Origin: Prorocentrum cordatum | Taxonomy: Eukaryota | Direction of reading: 5' to 3' | Assembly (NCBI GenBank): GCA_963575745.1 | Contig: CAUYUJ010000002.1 | Location: 372,001 to 436,000 of the forward strand | Length of the DNA: 64,000 nt | Shown: in pieces, positions 35,819 to 48,538 of the stretch | Layout: the number at the start of each line of letters is the position of its first letter | How positions within the stretch are numbered: the first letter of the stretch is position 1 | Made by a program: the position numbers and the translations under genes | The notes under the pieces: generated by a model | Database searches by the model: none | Seen by the model: only the letters and a program-made list of their open reading frames with translations | Told to the model about the DNA's origin: nothing

Positions 35819-38641
35819 TCAGGATGAGGGCAAAGTGAATGAGAAGCCCCAGCGTTCTTCAAAAGCGTCGGACCACGTAAGAAACTGAAGAAGGAAAACA
35901 GTATCAGTGCGCAGACGCTTGAGAGTGGCGCGGTGGATGAGGCCTGCTGTGCGGCCGTGCGGGAGGCCGAGGGCCGCGTCCACGCAGGTTAGGAGCATGT
36001 CCGAACTGCGGGCCAGAGTCGGGCGGGGGCCAGGAGCTCTCAGACTCCATAGGCGGAGCTCGATGCATCGGTGGGCAGTCGGCTGCGCGTCGGCCTTTCT
36101 CGGTCCGTCGTACTGTGGTCCAGCTTCGCGGAACCAGTGGGTGTGCCTAGCGGGGCGGCGGTCGGGGACCGCCACAAGAGGCGGCAGGTACGCGGCCAAC
36201 ACCCATGACAAGAGGATCCGCTTGGCCCGGCGGAGCGCAGGAGCCGGAGCATCCTGGTAGGGTGGCTCCTCCTGGGCCTGCGCGGCGTCCCCGCCGCCCC
36301 CCTCGGCGGCTGCTGCGGCCTTGCGTTTGGCCCTCAGCCTCCTCAGCCTCCTCCTGTCGGAGCGCTCCTCAGCCTCCAGTCGTTGGAGCAGGTCCTGCTC
36401 CTTCAGGTGCGACAGCATCTCCGCGACCTCTCGCAGCGTGTCCGCACCCTGGAAATTGCGGCCGCTAGGGTCGGCGTCCTGCCTCCCAGCGGCGACGCTG
36501 CTGCTCACGGGCTTCGCCGCAGAGGGGCCGGCCGTAGGGGGGCCGTAGCTGGGGCCGTCGGCTGTGTACCCGATCGGGTCCCAGAAGCCCACGGGCGCTG
36601 GCACCCCGAGGTCGTGGTGGAGGTAGTGGTCGTCGGCGCCGTCGTCGCGTGAGTCTCGGAGTCCGACTTCACAGTCAGCTGTGCGTTCAGTCTGGGCGCG
36701 GCTGCCTGGTGGGACGGTCGGCGCAGGTGGCCTGCAGGGTACTGCTGCCGTGACGTCAGGGCGCTGTGCTGCTGAGGTACGGTGGCGTGGGTCCACTGCT
36801 GGGCCGGGCTGGGGTCCCTGAGTTTGGGCCTTGGTCTGAGCGCCCGTACTGGGGGACGGCATCTCGGCGCGGAGCGCAGGTGCAGAGACGGTCAGACTGG
36901 AGCAGCTCAGGTGGGCGGTGTCCCCAGACGACAGCGTGACGGTCCAGTGGCCGGGGTGCTCGCTGGACTGCCCCCGTACGATACCTCGGAGGCCGTTGAT
37001 GGGGTTGTGGACTTGGCCCTGGACGATGACCGCTGTGCCCGCGTGGAGCCGTGGTGGGATCCAAGCGGCCAAACGGCAGTTTACGGCTCGGAGGTGACCG
37101 ATGGTGGCTGGTTGCGGTCCGAGGAAGCGCTCGAAGTGCTCCCGTACAGTCACAGTGCTAGTGCTGGCAGTGCTGGTGCTAACACGCGAGGTTGCGAGGG
37201 AGCCAGGACCCAGGGCAGGCGTGTGAGCATGCGAGACGGCCGAGGCTGGCCCCGCTGCCGTGCTACCAGGTTGTGGCGGGGAGGTCACCCCAGGGCTCGA
37301 GGCAGCGTGGGGACCGATGACAGGAATGGCAGGCGTGGCGCCATGCGGGGGGGCTGAAGCCGCCCCCGCCGGCGCGCTACCAGGTTTTGGCGGGGGGGGC
37401 GACTCGAGGCTTGAGGCAGTGTGGGGGCCGATGACAGGAATGGCAGGCGTGGTGCCATGCGGGGGGGCTGAAGCCGCCCCCGCTGGCGTGCTACCAGGTT
37501 TTGGAAGGGAGGTCGGCTCGAGGCTCGAGGCAGTGTGGGGGCTGATGCCAGGGCGGCCCTGGGCGGCCGTCTGGTGGCCTAGAGGGCGTCTGCGGTCGAC
37601 GTCGCCCCCGCGCTGTCGGCGTCGCCGCCGCGCTGTAGCTGCGCTCCGTCGCCGCCACTCGTCGCGGAAGCCGATGAAGAAGGAGTACATGACGTACGTG
37701 GCGCACAGGGTGGCCCACGTGGACGGTGACACCACGTTGTACCACTCGATGACCTCCAACCACACACGCTCCACGAACGCTGCCGTGTAGGCTGACGTGG
37801 GTGCCACCTTTGGTGCCGCCGCGGACGACTCAGGGCGTGCTGAATCTGGCAGGGTTGGCGTGAGAGTTGTCGTCGGCGATGACGTCTCGGCTGCGCTCGG
37901 TGCCGGCGTTGGTGCTGGTGTCAACGTTGGTGCCCGCGTAGGCGTGGGCGTGGGTGCTGCCGCTGGCAGTGCTGGTGTCGAAGCTATGGCGATGCTGCCA
38001 TGGATGCGAGCGTCGATGCAGACGGCGGAGTTGGCGTAGATGCTGGCTGCAACTCTGGCGTGGGTACCGGCGTAGGCGCGGGCGTGGGTGGTGACGCTGG
38101 CGGTGCTGGCGTCGGAGCTGTCGTCGGTGCTGGCCTCACTGTTGACGTCGGGGTGGGTGTCGGGTCTGACGTCGCTGCTGCCTGTGACTCTGGCTTTGGT
38201 GCCGGCGTGGTGGGGGCGGCCGCTGGCGCTGGAGGTGCTGGTGTCAGAGCTGTCGTCAGTGCTGGCGTCGGTGCGGGCGTCGACAGGGACGTCGGTGCTG
38301 CCTTCGGCTCTGACGTCGCCGTCCAGGGGGCAGGCGTGGATGCTGACACTGCCGATGCTGGCGTCGGAGCTGCTGTCATTGGTGCTGACGTCTCGGCTGC
38401 ACTCGGGGCCGGCGCTGTCGCTGGTGTCGGAGCTGCGTGCGGGTCTGGAGTTGGTGGCGCCGTAGTCGTGGGCGTAGGTGTTACTTGTGAGGCTGTTTTC
38501 GCTGGTATGTAGTTGTTGCCCCACGGGGTGTCGCAGTGGGTGCCCATGGGGTACTGAGCACAGCACTGCCCTGACACGGTCTTGAAAAGTAGAACGCATT
38601 TTGTCCCACCTATTTGCTCTGATACGTTCAGTGGTACGCAT
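35819..38641 (-). CDS. Element B ORF: Ser/Thr/Pro-rich region, TM helix, SH3/KOW-like segment, LHC-like fragment
   Basis: 940-codon frame. TWATLCATYVMYSFFIGF followed by an Arg cluster; GTAVIVQG...INGLRGIV...HWTVTL; DLGVPAPVGFWDPIGYTADG. Confidence 0.55.
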   Translation of the reverse strand: MRTTERIRANRWDKMRSTFQDRVRAVLCSVPHGHPLRHPVGQQLHTSENSLTSNTYAHDYGATNSRPARSSDTSDSAGPECSRDVSTNDSSSDASIGSVSIHACPLDGDVRAEGSTDVPVDARTDASTDDSSDTSTSSASGRPHHAGTKARVTGSSDVRPDTHPDVNSEASTDDSSDASTASVTTHARAYAGTHARVAASIYANSAVCIDARIHGSIAIASTPALPAAAPTPTPTRAPTLTPAPTPAPSAAETSSPTTTLTPTLPDSARPESSAAAPKVAPTSAYTAAFVERVWLEVIEWYNVVSPSTWATLCATYVMYSFFIGFRDEWRRRSAATARRRRRQRGGDVDRRRPLGHQTAAQGRPGISPHTASSLEPTSLPKPGSTPAGAASAPPHGTTPAIPVIGPHTASSLESPPPPKPGSAPAGAASAPPHGATPAIPVIGPHAASSPGVTSPPQPGSTAAGPASAVSHAHTPALGPGSLATSRVSTSTASTSTVTVREHFERFLGPQPATIGHLRAVNCRLAAWIPPRLHAGTAVIVQGQVHNPINGLRGIVRGQSSEHPGHWTVTLSSGDTAHLSCSSLTVSAPALRAEMPSPSTGAQTKAQTQGPQPGPAVDPRHRTSAAQRPDVTAAVPCRPPAPTVPPGSRAQTERTADCEVGLRDSRDDGADDHYLHHDLGVPAPVGFWDPIGYTADGPSYGPPTAGPSAAKPVSSSVAAGRQDADPSGRNFQGADTLREVAEMLSHLKEQDLLQRLEAEERSDRRRLRRLRAKRKAAAAAEGGGGDAAQAQEEPPYQDAPAPALRRAKRILLSWVLAAYLPPLVAVPDRRPARHTHWFREAGPQYDGPRKADAQPTAHRCIELRLWSLRAPGPRPTLARSSDMLLTCVDAALGLPHGRTAGLIHRATLKRLRTDTVFLLQFLTWSDAFEERWGFSFTLPSS

Positions 38642-39708
38642 GTTAACGTAGACGATGATGCCGCCGGCGAGTCCGACATGGCTGCCGCCGTGGGCGGCCG
38701 CCCGAAAACTGGCACTGCCGATGCGGCCGTCACAGCTGCCGTCCGTGCTGTCGTCGAGGACTGTGGAGGGATCGGGAATTTAAGGGGGTACAGGTGCGAT
38801 CGGGAATTTAAGCGGGTACAGCCCCACTCGGACTGAGTGGCCTGCCCGCCCCACCAGGCCTTGAGCCAGCCTTGAGCAGACTGTGCCGATGCTGTCGTCG
38901 ATGTTGTCGTCGATGCAGACTGTGCCGCAGTCTTCAGCTCTGACGTTTCCGTCCAGGGGGCAGGCGTGGATGCTGACACTGCCGATGCTGGCGTCGGAGC
39001 TGCTGTCATTGGTGCTGACGCCTCGGCTGCACTCGGGGCCGGCGCTGTCACTGGTGTCAGAGCTGTCGTCAGTGCTGGCGTCGGGGCTGGCGTCGACAGG
39101 GACGTCGGTGCTGCCTTCGACGCTGACGTTGCCGTCCAGGGGGCAGGCGTGGATGCTGACGCTGCCGATGCTGGTGTCGGAGCTGCTGTCAGTGCTGGCG
39201 TCGGTGCTCGCGCCTCAACTGACGTCAGTGCTGACTGCGACGCTGACGTTGGCGCCCGCGTAGGCGTAGGCGTGGGTGCTGCCGTTGGCCGTGCTCGCGT
39301 CGACGCTGTGGTTGGTGCTGCCGTCGATGCTAGCGTCGATGCAGCCGTCGAAGCTGGCGTCAATGCTGGCTGCAACTCTGGCGTGGGTACCGGCATAGGC
39401 GCAGGCGAGGGAGCTGACGTCGGCGTTGCTGGTGTCAGAGCTGTCGTCGGTGCTGGCCTCGCTGCTGACGTCGAGGTGGATGTCGGGTCTGGTGTCGATG
39501 CTGACTGCGACACTGGCGTCTGTAGGTCACCATGCTTCGGCGGGCCTGAAGGCGCCGCCGAGCGAGTGGCCATACAGGGAGCACAGGAGTGGCTGTTACT
39601 GGTGCTGGCGTCACTTGCGGCCAAATGCCGATGACAGGATCCTGTGTGGGCGCTTGCGGGTGAGGCCGCCGATGGAGGCGTATCGCAGTGGGGTGTGGAT
39701 GTAAGCAT
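37984..39708 (-). CDS. Element B mucin-like Pro/Thr/Ala-rich ORF
   Basis: 574-codon frame of TAAPTPA-type repeats with internal duplications. It may be a frameshifted part of one long protein. Confidence 0.4.
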   Translation of the reverse strand: MLTSTPHCDTPPSAASPASAHTGSCHRHLAASDASTSNSHSCAPCMATRSAAPSGPPKHGDLQTPVSQSASTPDPTSTSTSAARPAPTTALTPATPTSAPSPAPMPVPTPELQPALTPASTAASTLASTAAPTTASTRARPTAAPTPTPTRAPTSASQSALTSVEARAPTPALTAAPTPASAASASTPAPWTATSASKAAPTSLSTPAPTPALTTALTPVTAPAPSAAEASAPMTAAPTPASAVSASTPAPWTETSELKTAAQSASTTTSTTASAQSAQGWLKAWWGGQATQSEWGCTRLNSRSHLYPLKFPIPPQSSTTARTAAVTAASAVPVFGRPPTAAAMSDSPAASSSTLTCVPLNVSEQIGGTKCVLLFKTVSGQCCAQYPMGTHCDTPWGNNYIPAKTASQVTPTPTTTAPPTPDPHAAPTPATAPAPSAAETSAPMTAAPTPASAVSASTPAPWTATSEPKAAPTSLSTPAPTPALTTALTPAPPAPAAAPTTPAPKPESQAAATSDPTPTPTSTVRPAPTTAPTPAPPASPPTPAPTPVPTPELQPASTPTPPSASTLASMAASP

Positions 39709-39743
39709 GGCCGCTGTAGGCGTGCAGACGTGGCTCCCTCTGT

Positions 39744-41543
39744 TTACGCGGTTTCCGCCAACAATGATGTTGTGGGCATGGTCGCTGTGGACATCGGAGC
39801 CGCCGCTGGCAGTGCTGGCGTCGCTGCCGTCGATGCTGACGTCGGAGCCGGCGAAGCTATCGATGCTGCCGTCGGAGTCGGTGAAACTGTAGGCGGAGCC
39901 GTCGTCGCTGCCGTCGATGCTGCTGTCGGAGCCGGCGATGCTAACGATGCTGACGTCGGAGCCGGCGATGCTAGCGATGCTGCCGTCGGCGCTGGCGATG
40001 CGAACGATGCTAACGGAGCTGCCGTCGGAGCCGTCATCGCTGCCGTTGATGCAGCCGTCGGAGTCGGCGAAGCTGTGGTCGTTGCTGCCGTCGATGCGAG
40101 CGTCGATGCTGACATCGGAGCCGGCGTCGGTGCAGCGTCGTCATGGTCGTCGTGGTCGTCGTCGTCTCCTCCTCCTCCATCGGGGCGGGGCGAGGGAGGG
40201 GGCGGGGATGGTGTCGAATCTGTGCCCCCCGCTGGCGTCGAGGCTGCCTGCAGTGCCGTCGTTAGAGCTGGCTTCGGTGCTGTCTGCGGTGCTGGGGTGT
40301 GGTCCGTCATGGACGTGGGCGTGGGTGCTGCCGAGGACGATGCTGGCGTCGATATTGACGTCGATGCGGGCATTGGCACGGACGCTGGTGTCGACAAGGC
40401 GGACGGGTCATAGCATGGCAGGGCGGCCCCACTGGCGTCAGGTGCGCCTGAAGACTGCACCCTCGCCAGCGGCCCTGGGCGAAGCGTCAGGACAGAAGAT
40501 GTTGAAAGGCTCATCAATGCAGGTGCCGAGGACATGACATATCGTGGCATGGCGGCCCCAGCAGCCGAAGGTGCGCCTGAAGACTGCACCCTCGCTGGCG
40601 GGCACGGGCGAGGGGGCAGGGCAGGTGATGACGGTGGGCTCGTCGGGGCTGGCGTCAATGCGGTCGGCAGTGCTGGTGTCGATGCTGAGGTCGATGCGAC
40701 GACAAGCATGACGGCGGCGAAAATGGTGGCCCGTTTGGGGCGGGCCCGACGCGCCGTGCCCTTGGAGCCGCAGGCGGTGCCGATGGCGCCGAAGATCATG
40801 CTGCCGACCTTGACGGCCCTTTTAGGGTGGGCTGGACCCGCCGTGCTGGTGGAGTCGACGATGTTGTTGACGACGCTCCTGGTGCCCGTGCCGATGGTGC
40901 GCAGGACCGCGTCGACGATGCCGAGAACGATGCCGAAAGTGGGGCCGAGGACGCACCCGAAGTTCAGCGGGATAATGCCGGTGAAGGTGAGGGCGGTGCT
41001 GGCGAGGCCGCGGAAGCGCTCCCGGGGGGGGGTCGGGGTCCGGCTGCTTGTCGCGCACGGCGCGACGACGGCAGGCGTGGGAACAGCCCGACCGCTCTCA
41101 GCACCGTCTCCCTCAGCAGTCGGGAGCCCGACCCCCCCCCGATTACCTGGCCGTAGCGGGGTGGGCAAGTGCTGGACGAAGTCGTCGGTGTCGGCGTTAG
41201 TGCCGTGTGGGTGAGCGTGGTGGTCAGCTCGGTGCGCGCGCAGCTCAGCGCGCAGGTGGTACACGTCGTGCTCTAGAATGCGGAGATCTTCGCGAAGATT
41301 CGCTCGAAGCACGCGTGGGGCGTGGCCAGGTGGTTCAGGAAGGTCGCGCCCGTGCAGGACGGGCACGTAGATGACAAGGTTCTGGTGCCTATGCTCGATG
41401 AATTGGCAGTGGTATTCTCGAAGTGGGCCAGGCAGTAGCTGAGGGTGAAACGAACTGCATGTGCGGGCATTGCGGCGCTGGGCTGGTGGCTCCATGGCGG
41501 CAGTACCTGCGAAGACTTGGGATGGGGCAGGAGGCATCGGCAT
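39744..41543 (-). CDS. Element B first ORF (about 599 aa): short coiled coil, hydrophobic segments, Pro/Thr/Ala-rich tail
   Basis: ATG at 41543 directly follows the 5' terminal stem. LREDLRILEHDVYHLRAEL; FGIVLGIVDAVL; IFAAVMLVVA. Confidence 0.55.
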   Translation of the reverse strand: MPMPPAPSQVFAGTAAMEPPAQRRNARTCSSFHPQLLPGPLREYHCQFIEHRHQNLVIYVPVLHGRDLPEPPGHAPRVLRANLREDLRILEHDVYHLRAELRAHRADHHAHPHGTNADTDDFVQHLPTPLRPGNRGGVGLPTAEGDGAESGRAVPTPAVVAPCATSSRTPTPPRERFRGLASTALTFTGIIPLNFGCVLGPTFGIVLGIVDAVLRTIGTGTRSVVNNIVDSTSTAGPAHPKRAVKVGSMIFGAIGTACGSKGTARRARPKRATIFAAVMLVVASTSASTPALPTALTPAPTSPPSSPALPPRPCPPARVQSSGAPSAAGAAMPRYVMSSAPALMSLSTSSVLTLRPGPLARVQSSGAPDASGAALPCYDPSALSTPASVPMPASTSISTPASSSAAPTPTSMTDHTPAPQTAPKPALTTALQAASTPAGGTDSTPSPPPPSPRPDGGGGDDDDHDDHDDAAPTPAPMSASTLASTAATTTASPTPTAASTAAMTAPTAAPLASFASPAPTAASLASPAPTSASLASPAPTAASTAATTAPPTVSPTPTAASIASPAPTSASTAATPALPAAAPMSTATMPTTSLLAETA

Positions 41544-41609
41544 GACAGTCTCGCCGCGCGAAGGCTGCCTCCTGGGGCTCGCTCTGAGTGGATACTCTCG
41601 AGCCGAGAC

Positions 41610-42233
<624 letters not shown>

Positions 42234-45200
42234 TCGGACAAGTAGGCGGACCAGGGTCCGTCCGCGAGGCGCACTGCGGTGCGACAACTCGCAAACACTA
42301 TTTGCGGCGGTGCAGCCTTTAGATACGAGGGCGGGCAACAAAAACCCCCTCCCCCGGCGCAGTGCGACAGACGCTACAGACGGCGGACAGACGATGTGAT
42401 CTCACCTGTCAGACCGCGTGAGGAAAAAGGCCCCAACAAGAAAGGCGACGTGCTGACACGTGGCTAGGCGGCTTGGCAGACCGCCAGTTGGGCGCTTGGC
42501 CGCTAAGCGGCGCGCAGTGACGGGGCACCCCCCGCCCCCACGCCCTGACACCGTGGACGCGGAGCCGCGCGTACACACGGGCAGGCAGAAAGGAGGGGAT
42601 TAGCGCGGGGCACCAGGTGGAGCGCCGCGGAACGATGACAACATAGCTTGGATGGTGAGTGACGGCACGGCACCATCGGGCGAGGCCGTGAGCAGCTCGG
42701 CAAAGGCTCGCCCAGCGCTGTGGAGGCGCTGGAGTAGAGGGCCTTGACGAGCTTGGGCGGCGGCGAGGTCCGCGGCGAGAGCTAAGCACCTCTGCTGGAG
42801 AGCAGCCATAGCCTGTGACAGCTCGGTTTCGCGGTCGGTGAGGGGTGGCTGCTCAGTGCCAGCAGCCGAGGGCCTCGAGACAGAGGCGAGGTCCTCGGTA
42901 CGCCTGTCCAAATTGTGGCCTAGCGTAGTGCGGGACCCTGTACGCTGACGTCCGTCACCCTTGAAGGGTGACTGGAGGGGCCGACGCGACCCCAGGGCTG
43001 GAGCCGCTAGGGCCACGCCCCGAGAGGTCGGGAGAGCCGCTTCCTCTCGCTCAGCAACGATGGAAGCGTGGATGGGGCACGAGGGCCTGTCTGGTTTAGT
43101 ACCCTGCGGGGGGGCTGAAGCCGCCCCCGCGGGCTGCCGGCGGTGGGGGGGCGGAGTGGTTTGCGCGGTGGGACCAGTCATGATGCCGTGCAAGGGCTCT
43201 GAGGTCGGTCGCGTAGAAGGTTGGCGTCTCGGTAGGGCGGCATGGTCGGCAGCGTGTGGTATCGGCGGTGCGTCCTCCATGCCACTCAGTCCGCGGGGGT
43301 CACCCAGGTCATGGTCGGCGTCTTGGCGGTGGCCGATATCATCGTATGTGGGCGATATCGCTCTCGGGGACGGAGTCGCAGTAGGAATCGAGAGGTTTCC
43401 CGACGGGGCGGGGTTTTCGCTGGCTGGTCCGTCGTCCAAAGCGTCCGATCCCCCACCGAAGCTGAACAGGTCATCCTCCTGTTCGTCAGCATCTTGAAAA
43501 TGAGCGGCGTTGTCATGTGGGTGCGCTGCCGCTCTCAATGGCGGAGTCGGGGGCGCCGTGCGGGTGCCCGACGGGGCAGGGTTGGCGCTGGCTGGCCCGT
43601 CGCCCAGGAAGTCCAGGCCCCCACCAAAGCCGAACGGGTCGTCCTCCTGTTCGTCGAATATCGCTCGTTGGGCCTCGGCCCAGAGCTCGTCCGGGTTCTG
43701 TGGGATGTCTGGTCCAGCCGCGGGTGGTGCCTGGTCAGACAGCAGGGGATTTGGTTCCATTTTGTTTAGTTCCGCAGCTGTGAACCCAGCCCTGCGGTGT
43801 GGGAGGGGGAGTGTACGGTGTCTACGCTCGTAGATGGCGACAGCGACTCCATGAAGCACGGTCGCTTGGCGATGTCGTGATTTGGCAGCTTCGACAATGT
43901 CGTCTGGAAGGTTATGAGTACGTGCCGCCGTTGTGGCGAGGGCGTCAGCCTGACGATTGAACTCCTCCGCGATGGGCCCGATGAGCCCGAGGTCGATGCC
44001 CATGTCGCCCTGGTGGCTAGCGACTTTCTCGACGCGGAACATGTTGGGCTTGGCCATGACGCATCGGTGGATCTTTTCCCAGAGCTCCACGTGCGTGCCC
44101 TGCGGTGGTGAGTGTCCGTCGATGATCCTTTGGAAACCATCAACCACCGCCTGGTTGTCCACGAAAACGTGTACGGGCCGTTCAGCACATGCCGTGAGGT
44201 GGACAATGGCGAGGGTCTCCGCAAGCTGTGCGTTCTGCGTAATGACGTGAACGCGTGCACTGTAGTTCATGCGGCACATGCCGTGAGGTGGACAATGGCG
44301 AGGGTCTCCGCAAGTTGTGCGTTCTGCGTGATGCCGTGAACGCGTGCACTGTAGTTCATGCGGTGGTCGATGCCGTAGTAGACGCCGTAGCCCGCTCGTG
44401 CAAGCAATGGGATGGCTTGGTTGGTGCAACACCGTCCGTGGCAGCGTAGACCCATGTCCAACCAGTGTCATGGTCAAGGTAGGGGGTGTAGGAGTCCTGG
44501 GCTGAAGCCGCAGGATCTCCCTCAGGTGGGGGCCGCGGTATGGGCTGAGGTAGCGGGTCCCTCGCGAGGTCGGCCTGCAGGTCGAGGAGGGCTGGGTCTT
44601 CATCGAAGAGCCCGCAGTGTCTTGTGCGCGGCGGAAGACGGGCCCACTGCTCGTCAATGATGAGGGTGGTAAGAGGGACTCTTTCTCGGGCCCAGCACTT
44701 GCAGTCGCGGACAGTGTGCTCCTGAGTTTCCTCTTCCTCATCGCAGTATCGGCAGATGGGGCTGGGGTCAGCGGACGTGTTTGATCGGGATCGTCGCTGT
44801 TGGGTGTGGTCCCCGCCCGACAGGTAGTTAAGGAGGAGCGCCAGCTGCCATGCGTTGCATTTGGCTGCTCCTTTCGTTCGGGCGAGCCACGTGCTGGCGA
44901 AGTGTCGAGGCCCTGTCTGACAGAGGCCAGGTGTCCAAGGTCATGACGCCGTGGCTTGATTTTTCTCAGAAAGGCTCTGCGTTGTGAGGCTCGCAGCATG
45001 TGAAGGAAGGCGTTTTGGGGAAGGTTCAGCCAACTGATCTGACAGCCCCAGTCGTCGTACATGATGCCAAATGTGGCCAGGTCCAACGGAGCTGCTGAAG
45101 CGTCTGGACAAGTCGTCCAACAGGTCCTCCCCCGAAAAGGGTCTGGACATGGTGTTGGAGATCCCTGACGAGACCGCAGAGAGTAGCGTCGCGGTTAACC

Positions 45201-45389
45201 TGTCGCCGCAGACACAGGAAGACTTCACGCTGCATAATGGCGTCAATCTCCAGGGCGTGTCCTGCGACGCACACGGCCATGAGAGTCCAAAACTCGACTC
45301 ACCTGTTTCCCTTGGGGCGGATAGCCGCCTCTTTGGTTTTCTTTTGTTTTTTTTTTTTTTTTTTTTGTTTATTTTTTTTTTTTTTTTTT

Positions 45390-45424
<35 letters not shown>

Positions 45425-45425
45425 T

Positions 45426-45463
<38 letters not shown>

Positions 45464-48400
45464 TTTTTTTTCTTCTTTTTCTTTTTTTTTTTTTATTTTT
45501 TTTTTTTTTTTTTAAGGGCATGGTTGTAGGCAGGTTTGACGGGGCCTGATGGGGCTTGAATGTCGGTGCCCGTGGTACAGACGCTGGCAGCAAGGGAACG
45601 GGCGTGCCGCGCCTTAATAAGCATCGGTGATGGAAGCTTGCCAATGCGCGGCAGGCGACTAGTCGCCCTGCGAACACGGGCGTCAGCGGTGGCCGTGAGG
45701 TTAAGCGCGGCTGGAGCCGGCGCTGCCTCGGCGTTGATGTAACTCCCGACGAGCTTGAAGGAGTCGACCCCGCGTAAGGGCCGTTCCGCCAGAGTGAGCT
45801 GGGTAACGGCGGCGTGAAGCTCGTCGGTGAGCGCCCACCCCGCCACTTTGCCAGGGTGAATGCGTTGACCTGAAAATCGATCAAACCTGGCGGTTTCATC
45901 AAGAGATTTCTGCAACTCAGGCGCGGTGTGGGTAGTGGAGTTGCTGTCGTCAACAAAGGTAGTGCTGAGTGATCGCGGAACGTATCGATGCTGTCTCTTG
46001 GTCCACACATACATGAGCAGCTTAATGTCGTCCAGGGACCAAGAGCTTCCCTGGAGGTGACCGTTTGTCCTGGCCAGTTCCTTAGAGTACGCACCATTCA
46101 TGCGGATGTAGCGTTTGTGGCGACTGTAGAAGTTTCTGCGGACAGTAACGATGTCTTGGGGACACCCCGCGTGAAGCGCAAGGTTAAGGCAGATGTCCGT
46201 GATGAGGTAGTCGAAACACTTCTGTCGGTCCAGGGCGGCTCCAGCTAAGGGAAGGAGTAAGGCCCTGGCGTGTTCGATGCGCAGGGCAAGAGAGGTGCTG
46301 ACGTCCCCAATGGTAGCTTTGGGGACAGCGCCAAAACTCGTGGCATGGGTCCATCCTTTCCGCCAGTCTGTGAGGCTGCGGTAAGCTGGCGCTTCCCACG
46401 CATACATCCAAACGGAAAGCACCGAGAGAAGTCGTTGGTCCGGTGGGAGTTCGCCTCGGCCTTTTCGGAGGCACGGGTTTGGCACGTGGAGGAGGGGTTC
46501 TGGGATGGTGCCAGTGCGTTGCATAGCGCGTAGGACGCTGGCGAAGAGGCGAAGAATGTCGTCGGGTAGCTCCTTAGCCTCCTTAGTAGTCCAGCCGTCC
46601 AGTCCCCCCGCGCGGCGCGGTGAACGGGTGCGAATGAAGAGGATGAGTTGGTCGTCGGTGAGGTGGAAAGGGGGAGCTGGTGATGGCGTAGGCAGCTCTT
46701 GTCGGTACTCGTCGTAGAAGTCGGCCCACGTCGGCATGGCTTCGGCGTCATGTCCCGCATGTGCACGGTACCTGCCCAAGATGGGCTCCCAGGTGTCGAC
46801 CATGAGCTTAAGCATGTCCTTGGTGTTAGCAACAATGGCGTTGGCAGGGAGGATGTCGGGGACTTGCACAGGTGGTGGTTCACGAGTGTGGTCTTCGTCG
46901 CTGTCCGTGTCGGGCGAACTACCGTCGCTGGGGCTGAAGCCGCCAGCTTCGGTGTCAGCGTCGCTGTCGTCCGTGCTAGCTTCGTCAGGTTTAAAGGCGT
47001 TGGTGTCGCAGTGGAGTTGCGTATCGTCAGGTGTGGTAGGCGTGCGGAGATACGCCGTGGGCGAGCTGTCAGCAGCCCGTGCGTATATGGCCGACTTTCG
47101 CCCGCTTGGCTCGCGGACGCCCTCAGCCCATATCTTGATGCGTTCAGCTTTGGCACGGTTCGCACGTCGCGCCAGCTCCAAGTCGAGGTGTTGGATCAAA
47201 ACGTCAAGGTGCTCTCCGTGAGGTGCTGGCTCGTCGGGGGCCCAGGCTTCGGGGAAGTCTAGGAGAACCGTGGGGCGCAGCTTGTGGCATAGGAGGCGGG
47301 CCGCGGTCCACGTGCAGTCGATGCGCTGCGCGAGGTACGGCGGGATGGCACGGCAATCTAAATGATGGTGCTGTCCGATGAAACGAAGCTCACAGAGTTG
47401 CCGATGGAGCTTGCGCAGTCTGTTCATGTGTATCGTGGAAGCTCCGTAGGTGGGGAAGGCGCGGGGGACAACTGGTCGCTCTTCGAACATGGGCGTGAGC
47501 CCGTGCATGGTGGGGGGCTTCTTTTTTGGGGGGTCGGGCGGTGGAGGTGGCAGGTCGCGCAGACGGGTGAGATGGTACTCATGACTGGCCTCGTTAGCCA
47601 GGGCGAACATGCGCTCCACGTCGTCGCGTGTGTCGGCCTGTTCCATGCGGTCATGATATCGCCCAGCGATGAGGGTCCCTAGTGCCTGCAGCTCGTGACC
47701 CTCATGAGCTCCATCGTCGGGAGGGTAGGGCGTGGGGGCAAGAAGACGTCGGGCCGTATGGTCGAGGCGACTGAGGTCTAGCGTGACCTGCAGGCCAACA
47801 TGAGACTTCGCTGGCAAGTCGCGAAGGTAGCAGAAGTCGGTGACAAGGGATCGCGCCGCTTGGTTGGCAATGATATACTCGATGCGCGAAGTGCGGGGGC
47901 ACTTGGTGACGCGGTCCCAGTCAGGGATATTGCCGTATGTGTGCATGGTGTGGTCTGGTGTGCCCTCAGCGACGTTGAACCATCCGTGCTGCAACATGTG
48001 CAGAAGGTGTGGATTGTCATCGATGTTGGTATTGGCGTCATGCAGATGAAATAGGGGGCTGAGCCGACCCTAGCGGCGGCGCAGTCAGCGAGCCGAAAAA
48101 GAGCTGTGCTGTCTCCTCCAGCAATCCCGTAGAGGCTCGCTATGTAGATCCCCGCGGGCCCATGGTTGTTTCGTCGCCGCCTGCGGCGGTGGTGAGTGCA
48201 GAGCGGGAGAAAGACCTCGTGCCATCTTTTCTTGGCCTTGAGGGCGACGATACAGGGCGCATTGTCGTCGACAGTGGAGTCGACAATGGCATCCTTAGAG
48301 AGGATGGCGACCCCTCCCGAGGCGCCAGTGTTGCCCACAACGGTGTGGTCTGTGCCGCCGTGGGCAGCTCTGCGCTGGGCTCGCGCCAGATCTAGGTCAG

Positions 48401-48538
48401 GTCAAGACTGGCGTGGTATCCTCCGTGGAGTGGATTGGCGGCGCTGGTAGCGATGGCTTGTCTAGTCGGCTTGGCATGTCGGGTCTCCTGCAGTGCTATG
48501 ACTGCGGCGTTGTGGTCGACACCAAGGGCGGTGATGGT
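42234..48538 (-). mobile_element. Second copy (C) of the 16-kb LINE; 3' 6.3 kb only, cut by the assembly gap; pol disrupted
   Basis: Colinear with and highly similar to about 18492-24530. It has its own frameshifts, an 89-bp tandem duplication (44185/44274) and a T-rich insert at 45331-45512. Confidence 0.93.
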
